Below, piece by piece: positions 44,401-59,400 of a stretch of DNA of 64,000 bases. The translations under genes were made by a program, and so were the position numbers. Under the pieces are notes generated by a model that saw only the letters and a list, made by a program, of their open reading frames with translations, was not told the DNA's origin and made no database searches. The DNA is from Mobula hypostoma (lineage: Eukaryota), in NCBI RefSeq assembly GCF_963921235.1, contig NC_086098.1, positions 1,488,001 to 1,552,000 on the forward strand. Reading direction: 5' to 3'. Numbering within the stretch: position 1 is the stretch's first letter; the number at the start of each line of letters is the position of its first letter.

Positions 44401-47400
44401 GCATGCTACGTTAGAGTTACTGAGTTCCCGGCGTGCCATGTTAGAGTTACTGAGTTCCCGGCATGCTATGTTAGAGTTACTGAGTTCTCACCATGCCATG
44501 TTAGAGTTACTGAGTTCCCGGCATGCTATGTTAGAGTTACTGAGTTCCCGGCATTCCACGTTAGAGTTACTGAGTTCTCGGCATGCCATGTTAGAGTTAC
44601 TGAGTTCCCGGCATGCCATGTTAGAGTTACTGAGTTCTCGAAATGCCATGTTAGAGTTACTGAGTTCCCGGCATGCCATGTTAGAGTTACTGAGTTCCCG
44701 GCATGCCCTGATAGAGTTACTGAGTTCCCGGCATGCTACGTTAGAGTTACTGAGTTCCCGGCGTGCCATGTTAGAGTTACTGAGTTCCCGGCATGCCACG
44801 TTAGAGTTACTGAGTTCTCGGCATGCCATGTTAGAGTTACTGAGTTTATGGCATGCCATGTTAGAGTTACTGAGTTCTCGCCATGCCATGTTAAAGTTAC
44901 TGAGTTCTCAACATACCACGTTAGAGTTACTGTGTTCTCGACATGTCATGTTAGAGTTACTGAGTTCTCGGCATGCTATGTTAGAGTTACTGAGTTCCCG
45001 GCATGCTACGTTAGAGTTACTGAGTTCCCGGCATGCTATGCTCGAGTTACTGAGTTCCCGGCATGCCATGTTAGAGTTACTGAGTTCCCGGCATGCCATG
45101 TTAGAGTTACTGAGTTCTCGGCGTGCAATGTTAGAGTTACTGAGTTCCCGGCGTGCCATGTTAGAGTTACTGAGTTCCCGGCGTGCGATGTTAGAGTAAC
45201 TGAGTTCCCGGCATGCTATGTTAGAGTTACTGAGTTCCCGGCATGCCATGTTAGAGTTACTGAGTTCCAAACATGCTACGTTAGAGTTACTGAGTTCCTG
45301 GCATGCCACGTTAGAGTTACTGAGTTCCCGGCATACCATGTTAGAGTTACTGAGTTCTCAACATGCGATGTTAGAGTTACTGAGTTCCCGGCATACCATG
45401 TTAGAGTTACTGAGTTCCCGGCATGCTATGTTAGAGTTACTGAGTTCCCGGCATGCCATGTTAGAGTTACTGAGTTCCCGGCATGCCATGTTAGAGTTAC
45501 TGAGTTCTCGGCATGCCATGTTAGAGTAACTGAGTTCCCGGCATGCAATCTTAGAGTTACTGAGTTCTCGGCATGCAATGTTAGAGTTACTGAGATCCCG
45601 GCATGCAATGTTAGAGTTACTGAGTTCCCGGCATGCTACGTTAGAGTTACTGAGTTCCCGGCGTGCCATGTTAGAGTTACTGAGTTCCCGGCATGCTATG
45701 TTAGAGTTACTGAGTTCTCACCATGCCATGTTAGAGTTACTGAGTTCCCGGCATGCTATGTTAGAGTTACTGAGTTCCCGGCATTCCACGTTAGAGTTAC
45801 TGAGTTCTCGGCATGCCATGTTAGAGTTACTGAGTTCCCGGCATGCCATGTTAGAGTTACTGAGTTCTCGAAATGCCATGTTAGAGTTACTGAGTTCCCG
45901 ANNNNNNNNNNNNNNNNNNNNNNNNNNNNNNNNNNNNNNNNNNNNNNNNNNNNNNNNNNNNNNNNNNNNNNNNNNNNNNNNNNNNNNNNNNNNNNNNNNN
46001 NNNNNNNNNNNNNNNNNNNNNNNNNNNNNNNNNNNNNNNNNNNNNNNNNNNNNNNNNNNNNNNNNNNNNNNNNNNNNNNNNNNNNNNNNNNNNNNNNNNN
46101 NGCATGCCATGTTAGATTTACTGAGTTCTCAGGACGCTCTGTTAGAGTTACTGAGTTCCCGGCATGCTACGTTAGAGTTACTGAGTTCCCGGCATGCTAC
46201 GTTAGAGTTACTGAGTTCCCGGCATGCCATGTTAGAGTTACTGAGTTCCCGGCATGCTATGTTAGAGTTACTGAGTTCTCGGCATGCGATGTTAGAGTTA
46301 CTGAGTTCCCGGCATGCGATGTTAGAGTTACTGAGTTCCTGGCATGCTACGTTAGAGTTACTGAGTTCCTGGCATGCTACGTTAGAGTTACTGAGTTCCC
46401 GGCATGCTACGTTAGAGTTACTGAGTTCCTGGCATGCTACGTTAGAGTTACTGAGTTCCCGGCATACCATATTAGAGTTACTGAGTTCTCAACATGCGAT
46501 GTTGGAGTTACTGAGTTTATGGCATGACATGTTAGAGTTACTGAGTTCTCTGCATGCCATGTTAGAGTTACTGAGTTCTCACCATGCCACGTTAGAGTTA
46601 CTAAGTTTATGGCATGCCATGTTAGAGTTACTGAGTTCTTGGCATGCCATGTTAGAGTTACTGAGTTCTCACCATGCCACGTTAGAGTTACTGAGTTCTC
46701 GGCATGCTATGTTAGAGTTACTGAGTTCCCGGCATGCTACGTTAGAGTTACTGAGTTCCCGGCATGCCATGTTAGAGTTACTGAGTTCCCGGCATGCCAT
46801 GTTAGAGTTACTGAGTTCCCGAGTTCCCGGCATGCCATGTTAGATTTACTGAGTTCTTAGGACGCTACGTTAGAGTTACTGAGTTCCTGGCATGCTACGT
46901 TAGAGTTACTGAGTTCCCGGCATACCATGTTAGAGTTACTGAGTTCTCAACATGCCACGTTAGAGTTCCTGAGTTCCCGGCATGCTATGTTAGAGTAACT
47001 GAGTTCCCGGCATGCCATGTTAGAGTTACTGAGTTCCCGGCATGCCATGTTAGAGTTACTGAGTTCTCGGCATGCCATGTTAGAGTAACTGAGTTCCCGG
47101 CATGCAATCTTAGAGTTACTGATTTCCCGGCGTGCCATGTTAGAGTTACTGAGTTCCCGGCATGCCATGTTAGAGTTACTGAGTTCTCGGCACGCAATGT
47201 TAGAGTTACTGAGTTCCCGGCGTGCCATGTTAGAGTTACTGTGTTCTCGACATGCCTTGTTAGAATTACTGAGTTCTCGGCATGCTATGTTAGAGTTACT
47301 GACTTCCCGGCATGCCATGTTAGAGTTACTGAGTTCCCGGCATGCCCTGTTAGAGTTACTGAGTTCCCGGCATGCTACGTTAGAGTTACTGAGTTCCCGG

Positions 47401-50400
47401 CGTGCCATGTTAGAGTTACTGAGTTCCCGGCATGCCACGTTAGAGTTACTGAGTTCTCGGCGTGCCATGTTAGAGTTACTGAGTTTTTGGCATGCCATGT
47501 TAGAGTTACTGAGTTCTCGCCATGTCATGTTAAAGTTACTGAGTTCTCACCATGCCATGTTAGAGTTACTGAGTTCCCGGCATGCTATGTTAGAGTTACT
47601 GAGTTCCCGGCATGGCACGTTAGAGTTACTGAGTTCTCGGCATGCCATGTTAGAGTTACTGAGTTCCCGGCATGCCATGTTAGAGTTACTGAGTTCTCGA
47701 AATGCCATGTTAGAGTTACTGAGTTCCCGGCATGCCATGTTAGAGTTACTGAGTTCCCGGCATGCTACGTTAGAGTTACTGAGTTCCCGGCATGCCATGT
47801 TAGAGTTACTGAGTTCCCGGCATGCCACGTTAGAGTTACTGAGTTCTCGGCATTCCATGTTAGAGTTACTGAGTTTATGGCATGCCATGTTAGAGTTACT
47901 GAGTTCCCGGCGTGCCATGTTAGAGTTACTGAGTTCCCGGCATGCCACGTTAGAGTTACTGAGTTCTCGGCATGCCATGTTAGAGTTACTGAGTTCTCGA
48001 AATGTCATGTTAGAGTTACTGAGTTTTCGGCATGCTATGTTAGAGTTACTGAGTTCCCGGCATGCTACGTTAGAGTTACTGAGTTCCCGGCATGCTACGT
48101 TAGAGTTACTGAGTTCCCGGCATGCTATGCTCGAGTTACTCAGTTCGCGGCATGCTATGTTAGAGTTACGGAGTTCTCGGCATGCCATGTTAGAGTTACT
48201 GAGTTCCCGGCATGCCATGTTGGAGTTACTGAGATCCCGGCATGCTACGTTAGAGTTACTGTGTTCTCGACATGCCATGTTAGAGTTACTGAGTTCCCGG
48301 CATGCTACGTTAGAGTTACTGAGTTCCCGGCATGCTATGTTAGAGTTACTGAGTTCCCGGCATGCCATGTTAGAGTTACTGAGTTCCCGAGTTCCCGGCA
48401 TGCCATGTTAGATTTACTGAGTTCTCAGGACGCTCTGTTAGAGTTACTGAGTTCCCGGCATGCCATGTTAGATTTACTGAGTTCTCAGGACGCTCTGTTA
48501 GAGTTACTGAGTTCCCGGCATGCTACGTTAGAGTTACTGAGTTCCCGGCGTGCTACGTTAGAGCTACTGAGTTCCCGGCATGCCATGTTAGAGTTCCTGC
48601 GTTACCGGCATGCTATGTTAGAGTTACTGAGTTCTCGGCATGCGATGTTAGAGTTACTGAGTTCCCGGCATGCGATGTTAGAGTTACTGAGTTCCTGGCA
48701 TGCTACGTTAGAGTTACTGAGTTCCTGGCATGCTACGTTAGAGTTACTGAGTTCCCGGCATGCTACGTTAGAGTTACTGAGTTCCTGGCATGCTACGTTA
48801 GAGTTACTGAGTTCCCGGCATACCATATTAGAGTTACTGAGTTCTCAACATGCGATGTTGGAGTTACTGAGTTTATGGCATGACATGTTAGAGTTACTGA
48901 GTTCTCGGCATGCCATGTTAGAGTTACTGAGTTCTCACCATGCCACGTTAGAGTTACTGAGTTCTCACCATGCCACGTTAGAGTTACTGAGTTCCCGGCA
49001 TGCTACGTTAGAGTTACTGAGTTCCCGGCATGCTACGTTAGAGTTACTGAGTTCCCGGCATGCTATGTTCGAGTTACTGAGTTCCTGGCATGCCATGTTA
49101 GAGTTACTGAGTTCCCGAGTTCCCGGCATGCCATGTTAGATTTACTGAGTTCTTAGGACGCTACGTTAGAGTTACTGAGTTCCTGGCATGCTACGTTAGA
49201 GTTACTGAGTTCCCGGCATACCATGTTAGAGTTACTGAGTTCTCAACATGCCATGTTAGAGTTCCTGAGTTCCCGGCATGCTATGTTAGAGTTACTGAGT
49301 TCCCGGCATGCCATGTTAGAGTTACTGAGTTCCCGGCATGCCATGTTAGAGTTACTGAGTTCTCGGCATGCCATGTTAGAGTAACTGAGTTCCCGGCATG
49401 CAATCTTAGAGTTACTGAGTTCCCGGCGTGCCATGTTAGAGTTACTGAGTTACCGGCATGCCATGTTAGAGTTACTGAGTTCTCGGCACGCAATGTTAGA
49501 GTTACTGAGTTCCCGGCGTGCCCTGTTAGAGTTACTGAGTTCCCGGCATGCTACGTTAGAGTTACTGAGTTCCCGGCGTGCCATGTTAGAGTTACTGAGT
49601 TCCCGGCATGCCACGTTAGAGTTACTGAGTTCTCGGCGTGCCATGTTAGAGTTACTGAGTTTTTGGCATGCCATGTTAGAGTTACTGAGTTCTCGCCATG
49701 TCATGTTAAAGTTACTGAGTTCTCACCATGCCATGTTAGAGTTACTGAGTTCCCGGCATGCTATGTTAGAGTTACTGAGTTCCCGGCATGGCACGTTAGA
49801 GTTACTGAGTTCTCGGCATGCCATGTTAGAGTTACTGAGTTCCCGGCATGCCATGTTAGAGTTACTGAGTTCTCGAAATGCCATGTTAGAGTTACTGAGT
49901 TCCCGGCATGCCCTGTTAGAGTTACTGAGTTCCCGGCATGCTACGTTAGAGTTACTGAGTTCCCGGCGTGCCATGTTAGAGTTACTGAGTTCCCGGCATG
50001 CCACGTTAGAGTTACTGAGTTTTCGGCATGCTATGTTAGAGTTACTGAGTTCCCGGCATGCTACGTTAGAGTTACTGAGTTCCCGGCATGCTACGTTAGA
50101 GTTACTGAGTTCCCGGCATGCTATGCTCGAGTTACTGAGTTCCCGGCATGCCATGTTAGAGTTACTGAGTTCTCGGCGGGCAATGTTAGAGTAACTGAGT
50201 TCCTGGCATGCCACGTTAGAGTTACTGAGTTCCCGTCATGCCACGTTAGAGTTACTGAGTTCCCGGCATGCCATGTTAGAGTTACTGAGTTCTCGGCATG
50301 CCATGTGAGAGTAACTGAGTTCCCGGCATGCAATCTTAGAGTTACTGATTTCCCGGCGTGCCATGTTAGAGTTACTGAGTTCCCGGCGTGCTATGTTAGA

Positions 50401-53400
50401 GTTACTGAGTTCTCGGCACGCAATGTTAGAGTTACTGAGTTCCCGGCGTGCCATGTTAGAGTTACTGTGTTCTCGACATGCCATGTTAGAATTACTGAGT
50501 TCTCGGCATGCTATGTTAGAGTTACTGACTTCCCGGCATGCCATGTTAGAGTTACTGAGTTCCCGGCATGCCCTGTTAGAGTTACTGAGTTCCCGGCATG
50601 CTACGTTAGAGTTACTGAGTTCCCGGCGTGCCATGTTAGAGTTACTGAGTTCCCGGCATGCCACGTTAGAGTTACTGAGTTCTCGGCGTGCCATGTTAGA
50701 GTTACTGAGTTTTTGGCATGCCATGTTAGAGTTACTGAGTTCTCGCCATGTCATGTTAAAGTTACTGAGTTCTCACCATGCCATGTTAGAGTTACTGAGT
50801 TCCCGGCATGCTATGTTAGAGTTACTGAGTTCCCGGCATGGCACGTTAGAGTTACTGAGTTCTCGGCATGCCATGTTAGAGTTACTGAGTTCCCGGCATG
50901 CCATGTTAGAGTTACTGAGTTCTCGAAATGCCATGTTAGAGTTACTGAGTTCCCGGCATGCCCTGTTAGAGTTACTGAGTTCCCGGCATGCTACGTTAGA
51001 GTTACTGAGTTCCCGGCGTGCCATGTTAGAGTTACTGAGTTCCCGGCATGCCACGTTAGAGTTACTGAGTTCTCGGCATTCCATGTTAGAGTTACTGAGT
51101 TTATGGCATGCCATGTTAGAGTTACTGAGTTCCCGGCGTGCCATGTTAGAGTTACTGAGTTCCCGGCATGCTACGTTAGAGTTACTGAGTTCCCGGCGTG
51201 CTACGTTAGAGCTACGGAGTTCCCGGCATGCCATTTTAGGGTTAATGAGTTCCCGACATGCGATGTTAGAGTTACTGAGTTCCCGGCATGCTATGTTAGA
51301 GTTCCTGCATTACCGGCATGCTATGTTAGAGTTACTGAGTTACCGGCATGCGATGTTAGAGTTTCTGAGTTCTCCGCATGGTACGTTAGAGTTACTGAGT
51401 TCCCGGCATGCCATGTTGGAGTTACTGAGTTCCCGGCATGCTACGTTAGAGTTACTGAGTTCCCGGCATGCCACGTTAGAGTTACTGAGTTCTCGCCATG
51501 CCACGTTAGAGTTACTGAGTTCCCGGCATGCTATGCTCGAGTTGCTGAGTTCCCGGCATGCCATGTTAGAGTTACTGAGTTCTCGGCATGACATGTTAGA
51601 GTTACTGAGTTCCCGGCGTGCGATGTTAGAGTTACTGAGTTCCCGGCATGCTACGTTAGAGTTACTGAGTTCCCGGCATGCTACGTTAGAGTTACTAAGT
51701 TCCCGGCATGCTATGTTCGAGTTACTGAGTTCCTGGCATGCCATGTTAGAGTTACTGAGTTCCCGAGTTCCCGGCATGCCATGTTAGATTTACTGAGTTC
51801 TTAGGACGCTACGTTAGAGTTACTGAGTTCCTGGCATGCTACGTTAGAGTTACTGAGTTCCCGGCATACCATGTTAGAGTTACTGAGTTCTCAACATGCC
51901 ATGTTAGAGTTCCTGAGTTCCCGGCATGGTATGTTAGAGTAACTGAGTTCCCGGCATGCCATGTTAGAGTTACTGAGTTCCCGGCATGCCATGTTAGAGT
52001 TACTGAGTTCTCGGCATGCCATGTTAGAGTAACTGAGTTCCCGGCATGCAATCTTAGAGTTACTGAGTTCCCGGCGTGCCATGTTAGAGTTACTGAGTTC
52101 CCGGCATGCCATGTTAGAGTTACTGAGTTCTCGGCACGCAATGTTAGAGTTACTGAGTTCCCGGCGTGCCATGTTAGAGTTACTGAGTTCTCGACATGCC
52201 ATGTTAGAGTTACTGAGTTCTCGGCATGCTATGTTAGAGTTACTGAGTTCCCGGCATGCCATGTTAGAGTTACTGAGTTCTCGGCATGCCATGTGAGAGT
52301 AACTGAGTTCCCGGCATGCAATCTTAGAGTTACTGATTTCCCGGCGTGCCATGTTAGAGTTACTGAGTTCCCGGCGTGCTATGTTAGAGTTACTGAGTTC
52401 TCGGCACGCAATGTTAGAGTTACTGAGTTCCCGGCGTGCCATGTTAGAGTTACTGTGTTCTCGACATGCCATGTTAGAATTTCTGAGTTCTCGGCATGCT
52501 ATGTTAGAGTTACTGACTTCCCGGCATGCCATGTTAGAGTTACTGAGTTCCCGGCATGCCCTGTTAGAGTTACTGAGTTCCCGGCATGCTACGTTAGAGT
52601 TACTGAGTTCCCGGCGTGCCATGTTAGAGTTACTGAGTTCCCGGCATGCCACGTTAGAGTTACTGAGTTCTCGGCATGCCATGTTAGAGTTACTGAGTTT
52701 ATGGCATGCCATGTTAGAGTTACTGAGTTCTCGCCATGCCATGTTAAAGTTACTGAGTTCTCAACATACCACGTTAGAGTTACCGTGTTCTCGACATGTC
52801 ATGTTAGAGTTACTGAGTTCCCGGCATGCTATGTTAGAGTTACTGAGTTCCCGGCATGGCACGTTAGAGTTACTGAGTTCTCGGCATGCCATGTTAGAGT
52901 TATTGAGTTCCCGGCATGCCATGTTAGAGTTACTGAGTTCTCGAAATGCCATGTTAGAGTTACTGAGTTCTCGGCATACCATGTTAGAGTTACTGAGTTT
53001 ATGGCATGCTATGTTAGAGTTACTGAGTTCCCGGCATGCTACGTTAGAGTTACTGAGTTCCCGGCGTGCCATGTTAGAGTTACTGAGTTCTCAACATGCG
53101 ATGTTAGAGTTACTGAGTTCCCGGCATGCTACGTTAGAGTTACTGAGTTCCCGGCATGCTACGTTAGAGTTACTGAGTTCCCGGCATGCTATGCTCGAGT
53201 TACTGAGTTCCCGGCATGCCATGTTAGAGTAACTGAGTTCTCGGCGTGCAATGTTAGAGTAACTGAGTTCCTGGCATGCCACGTTAGAGTTACTGAATTC
53301 CCGTCATGCCACGTTAGAGTTACTGAGTTCCCGGCGTGCGATGTTAGAGTTACTGAGTTCCCGGCACGCTACGTTAGAGTTACTGAGTTCCTGGCATGCT

Positions 53401-56400
53401 ACGTTAGAGTTACTGAGTTCCCGGCATGCCATGTTAGAGTTACTGAGTTCTCAACATGCCATGTTAGAGTTACTGAGTTCCTGGCATGCCATGTTAGAGT
53501 TACTGAGTTCTCAACATGCGATGTTAGAGTTACTGAGTTCCCGGCATGCTATGTTAGAGTAACTGAGTTCCCGGCATGCCATGTTGGAGTTACTGAGTTC
53601 CCGGCTTGCTACGTTAGAGTTACTGTGTTCTCGACATGCCATGTTAGAGTTACTGAGTTCTTGGCATGCTATGTTAGGGTTACTGAGTCCTCGGCATGCC
53701 ATGTTAGAATTACTGAGTTCCCGGCATGCTACGTTAGAGTTACTGAGTTCCCGGCATGCCACGTTAGAGTTACTGAGTTCTCGGCATGCCATGTTAGAGT
53801 TACTGAGTTCCCGACATGCCATGTTAGAGTTACTGAGTTTATGGCATGCCATGTTAGAGTTACTGAGTTCTCGGCATGCCATGTTAGAGTTACTGAGTTC
53901 TCACCATGCCACGTTAGAGTTACTAAGTTTATGGCATGCCATGTTAGAGTTACTGAGTTCTCATCATGACACGTTAGAGTTACTGTGTTCTCGACATGCC
54001 ATGTCAGAGTTACTGAGTTCTCGGCATGCTATGTTAGAGTTACTGAGTTCCCGGCATGCTATGTTCGAGTTACTGAGTTCCCGGCATGCCATGTTAGAGT
54101 TACTGAGTTCTCAGGACGCTAAGTTAGAGTTACTGAGTTCCTTGCATGCTCCGTTAGAGTTACTGAGTTCCCGGCATACCATGTTAGAGTTACTGAGTTC
54201 TCAACATGCGATGTTAGAGTTACTGAGTTCTCGGCATGCCATGTTAGAGTTACTGAGTTCTCGGCATGCTACGTTAGAGTTACTGAGTTCCCGGCATGCT
54301 ATGTTCGAGTTACTGAGTTCCCGGCATGCCATGTTAGAGTTACTGAGTTTCCGGCATGCTATGTTCGAGTTACTGTGCTCCCGGCATGCCATGTTAGAGT
54401 TACTGAGTTCTCGACATGCCATGTTAGAGTTACTGAGTTCCCGGCATGCCATGTTAGAGTTTCTGAGTTCTCGAAATGCCATGTTAGAGTTACTGAGTTT
54501 CCGGCATGCTATGTTCGAGTTACTGTGCTCCCGGCATGCCATGTTAGAGTTACTGAGTTCTCGACATGCCATGTTAGAGTTACTGAGTTCCCGGCATGCC
54601 ATGTTAGAGTTACTGAGTTCCCGGCATTATATGTTAGAGTTACTGAGTTCCCGGCATGCTATGTTAGAGTTACTGAGTTCCCGGCATGCTACGTTAGAGT
54701 TACCGAGTTCCCGGCATGCCCTGTTAGAGTTACTGAGTTCCCGGCATGCTACGTTAGAGTTACTGAGTTCCCGGCGTGCTACGTTAGAGCTACGGAGTTC
54801 GCGGCATGCCATTTTAGGGTTAATGAGTTCCCGACATGCGATGTTAGAGTTACTGAGTTCCCGGCATGCCATGTTAGAGTTCCTGCATTACCGGCATGCT
54901 ATGTTAGAGTTACTGAGTTACCGGCATGCGATGTTAGAGTTTCTGAGTTCTCCGCATGGTACGTTAGAGTTACTGAGTTCCCGGCATGCCATGTTGGAGT
55001 TACTGAGTTCCCGGCTTGCTACGTTAGAGTTACTGTGTTCTCGACATGCCATGTTAGAGTTACTGTGTTCTTGGCATGCTATGTTAGGGTTACTGAGTCC
55101 TCGGCATGCCATGTTAGAATTACTGTGTTCCCGGCATGCTACGTTAGAGTTACTGAGTTCTCGGCATGCTATGTTCGAGTTACTGAGTTCCCGGCATGCC
55201 ATGTTAGAGTTACTGAGTTCCCGGCATGCCATGTTAGAGTTACTGAGTTCTCGGCGTGCAATGTTAGAGTAACTGAGTTCCCAGCATGCCATGTTAGAGT
55301 TACTGAGTTCCCGGCATGCCACGTTAGAGTTACTGTGTTCCCGGCATGCCATGTTAGAGTTACTGAGTTTTCGGCGTGCTATGTTAGAGTGACTGAGTTC
55401 CCGAGTTCCCGGCATGCCATGTTAGATTTTCTGAGTTCTCAGGACGCTACGTTAGAGTTACTGAGTTCCTGGCATGCTACGTTAGAGTTACTGAGTTCCC
55501 GGCATACCATGTTAGAGTTACTGAGTTCTCAACATGCGATGTTAGAGTTACTGAGTTTATGGCATGACATGTTAGAGTTACTGAGTTCTCAACAGGCGAT
55601 GTTAGAGTTACTGAGTTCCCGGCATGCCATGTTCGAGTTACTGAGTTCCCGGCATGCTATGTTAGAGTAACTGAGTTCCCGGCATGCCATGTTAGAGTTA
55701 CTGAGTTCCCGGCATGCCATGTTAGAGTTACTGAGTTCTCGGCATGCCATGTTAGAGTAACTGAGTTCCCGGCATGCAATCTTAGAATTACTGAGTTCCC
55801 GGCGTGCCATGTTAGAGTTACTGAGTTCTCGGCATGCAATGTTAGAGTTACTGAGTTCCCGGCGTGCCATGTTAGAGTTACTGTGTTCTCGACATGCCAT
55901 GTTAGAGTTACTGAGTTCTCGGCATGCCATGTTAGAGTAACTGAGTTCCCGGCATGCAATCTTAGAATTACTGAGTTCCCGGCGTGCCATGTTAGAGTTA
56001 CTGAGTTCCCGGCATGCCATGTTAGAGTAACTGAGTTCTCGGCGTGCAATGTTAGAGTAACTGAGTTCCTGGCATGCCACGTTAGAGTTACTGAGTTCCC
56101 GGCGTGCGATGTTAGAGTTACTGAGTTCCCGGCACGCTACGTTAGAGTTACTGAGTTCCTGGCATGCTACGTTAGAGTTACTGAGTTCCCGGCATGCCAT
56201 GTTAGAGTTACTGAGTTCTCAACATGCCATGTTAGAGTTACTGAGTTCCTGGCATGCCATGTTAGAGTTACTGAGTTCTCAACATGCGATGTTAGAGTTA
56301 CTGAGTTCCCGGCATGCTATGTTAGAGTTACTGAGTTCCCGGCATGCCATGTTAGAGTTACTGAGTTCCCGGCATGCTACGTTAGAGTTACTGTGTTCTC

Positions 56401-59400
56401 GACATGCCATGTTAGAGTTACTGAGTTCTTGGCATGCTATGTTAGAGTTACTGAGTTCTCGGCATGCCATGTTAGAGTTACTGAGTTCCCGGCATGCTAC
56501 GTTAGAGTTACTGAGTTCCCGGCATGCCACGTTAGAGTTACTGAGTTCTCGGCATGCCATGTTAGAGTTACTGAGTTCCCGACATGCCATGTTAGAGTTA
56601 CTGAGTTTATGGCATGCCATGTTAGAGTTACTGAGTTCTCGGCATGCCATGTTAGAGTTACTGAGTTCTCACCATGCCACGTTAGAGTTACTAAGTTTAT
56701 GGCATGCCATGTTAGAGTTACTGAGTTCTCATCATGACACGTTAGAGTTACTGTGTTCTCGACATGCCATGTCAGAGTTACTGAGTTCTCGGCATGCTAT
56801 GTTAGAGTTACTGAGTTCCCGGCATGCTATGTTCGAGTTACTGAGTTCCCGGCATGCCATGTTAGAGTTACTGAGTTCTCAGGACGCTAAGTTAGAGTTA
56901 CTGAGTTCCTTGCATGCTCCGTTAGAGTTACTGAGTTCCCGGCATACCATGTTAGAGTTACTGAGTTCTCAACATGCGATGTTAGAGTTACTGAGTTCTC
57001 GGCATGCCATGTTAGAGTTACTGAGTTCTCGGCATGCTACGTTAGAGTTACTGAGTTCCCGGCATGCTATGTTCGAGTTACTGAGTTCCCGGCATGCCAT
57101 GTTAGAGTTACTGAGTTTCCGGCATGCTATGTTAGAGTTACTGAGTTCCCGGCATGCCATGTTAGAGTTACTGAGTTCTCGACATGCCATGTTAGAGTTA
57201 CTGAGTTCCCGGCATGCCATGTTAGAGTTACTGAGTTCTCGTCATGCCATGTTAGAGTTACTGAGTTTCCGGCATGCTATGTTCGAGTTACTGTGCTCCC
57301 GGCATGCCATGTTAGAGTTACTGAGTTCTCGACATGCCATGTTAGAGTTACTGAGTTCCCGGCATGCCATGTTAGAGTTACTGAGTTCCCGGCATGCCAT
57401 GTTAGAGTTACTGAGTTCCCGGCATGCTATGTTAGAGTTACTGAGTTCCCGGCATGCTACGTTAGAGTTACTGAGTTCCCGGCGTGCTACGTTAGAGCTA
57501 CTGAGTTCCCGGCATGCCATGTTAGAGTTACTGAGTTCCCGACATGCGATGTTAGAGTTACTGAGTTCCCGGCATGCCATGTTAGAGTTCCTGCATTACC
57601 GGCATGCTATGTTAGAGTTACTGAGTTACCGGCATGCGATGTTAGAGTTTCTGAGTTCTCCGCATGGTACGTTAGAGTTACTGAGTTCCCGGCATGCCAT
57701 GTTGGAGTTACTGAGTTCCCGGCTTGCTACGTTAGAGTTACTGTGTTCTCGACATGCCATGTTAGAGTTACTGAGTTCTTGGCATGCTATGTTAGGGTTA
57801 TTGAGTCCTCGGAATGCCATGTTAGAGTTACTGAGTTCCCGGCATGCTACGTTAGAGTTACTGAGTTCTCGGCATGCTATGTTAGAGTTACTGAGTTCCC
57901 GGCATGCCATGTTAGAGTTACTGAGTTCCCGGCATGCCATGTTAGAGTTACTGAGTTCTCGGCGTGCAATGTTAGAGTTACTGAGTTCCCGGCATGCCAT
58001 GTTAGAGTTACTGAGTTCCCGGCATGCCACGTTAGAGTTACTGAGTTCCCGGCATGCCATGTTAGAGTTACTGAGTTCTCGGCATGCTATGTTAGAGTTA
58101 CTGAGTTCCCGAGTTCCCGGCATGCCATGTTAGATTTTCTGAGTTCTCAGGACGCTACGTTAGAGTTACTGAGTTCCTGGCATGCTACGTTAGAGTTACT
58201 GAGTTCCCGGCATACCATGTTAGAGTTACTGAGTTCTCAACATGCCATGTTAGAGTTACTGAGTTCCCGGCATGCCATGTTAGAGTTACTGAGTTCTCAA
58301 CATGCGATGTTAGAGTTACTGAGTTCCCGGCATGCCATGTTAGAGTTACTGAGTTCCCGGCATGCTATGTTAGAGTAACTGAGTTCCCGGCATGCCATGT
58401 TAGAGTTACTGAGTTCCCGGCATGCCATGTTAGAGTTACTGAGTTCTCGGCATGCCATGTTAGAGTAACTGAGTTCCCGGCATGCAATCTTAGAGTTACT
58501 GAGTTCTCACCATGCCACGTTAGAGTTACTGAGTTCTCGGCATGCAATGTTAGAGTTACTGAGTTCCCGGCATGCCATGTTAGAGTTACTGAGTTCTCGA
58601 CATGCCATGTTAGAGTTACTGAGTTCTCGGCATGCCATGTTAGAGTTACTGAGTTCCCGGCATGCAATCTTAGAGTTACTGAGTTCCCGGCGTGCCATGT
58701 TAGAGTTACTGAGTTCCCGGCATGCCATGTTAGAGTTACTGAGTTCTCGGCATGCAATGTTAGAGTTACTGAGTTCCCGGCGTGCCATGTTAGAGTTACT
58801 GTGTTCTCGACATGCCATGTTAGAGTTACTGAGTTCTCGGCGTGCTATGTTAGAGTTACTGAGTTCCTGGCATGCCATGTTAGAGTTACTGAGTTCCCGG
58901 CATGCCCTGTTAGAGTTACTGTGTTCCCGGCATGCTACGTTAGAGTTACTGAGTTCCCGGCATGCCACGTTAGAGTTACTGAGTTCTCGCCATGCCACGT
59001 TAGAGTTACTGAGTTCCCGGCATGCTATGCTCGAGTTGCTGAGTTCCCGGCATGCCATGTTAGAGTTACTGAGTTCTCGGCATGACATGTTAGAGTTACT
59101 GAGTTCCCGGCGTGCGATGTTAGAGTTACTGAGTTCCTGGCATGCTACGTTAGAGTTACTGAGTTCCTGGCATGCTACGTTAGAGTTACTGAGTTCCCGG
59201 CATGCTATGTTAGAGTAACTGAGTTCCCAGCATGCCATGTTAGATTTACTGAGTTCCCGGCATGCCATGTTATAGTTACTGAGTTCTCGGCATGCCATGT
59301 TAGAGTAACTGAGTTCCCGGCATGCAATCTTAGAGTTACTGAGTTCTCGGCATGCAATGTTAGAGTTACTGAGTTCCCGGCATGCCATGTTAGAGTTACT

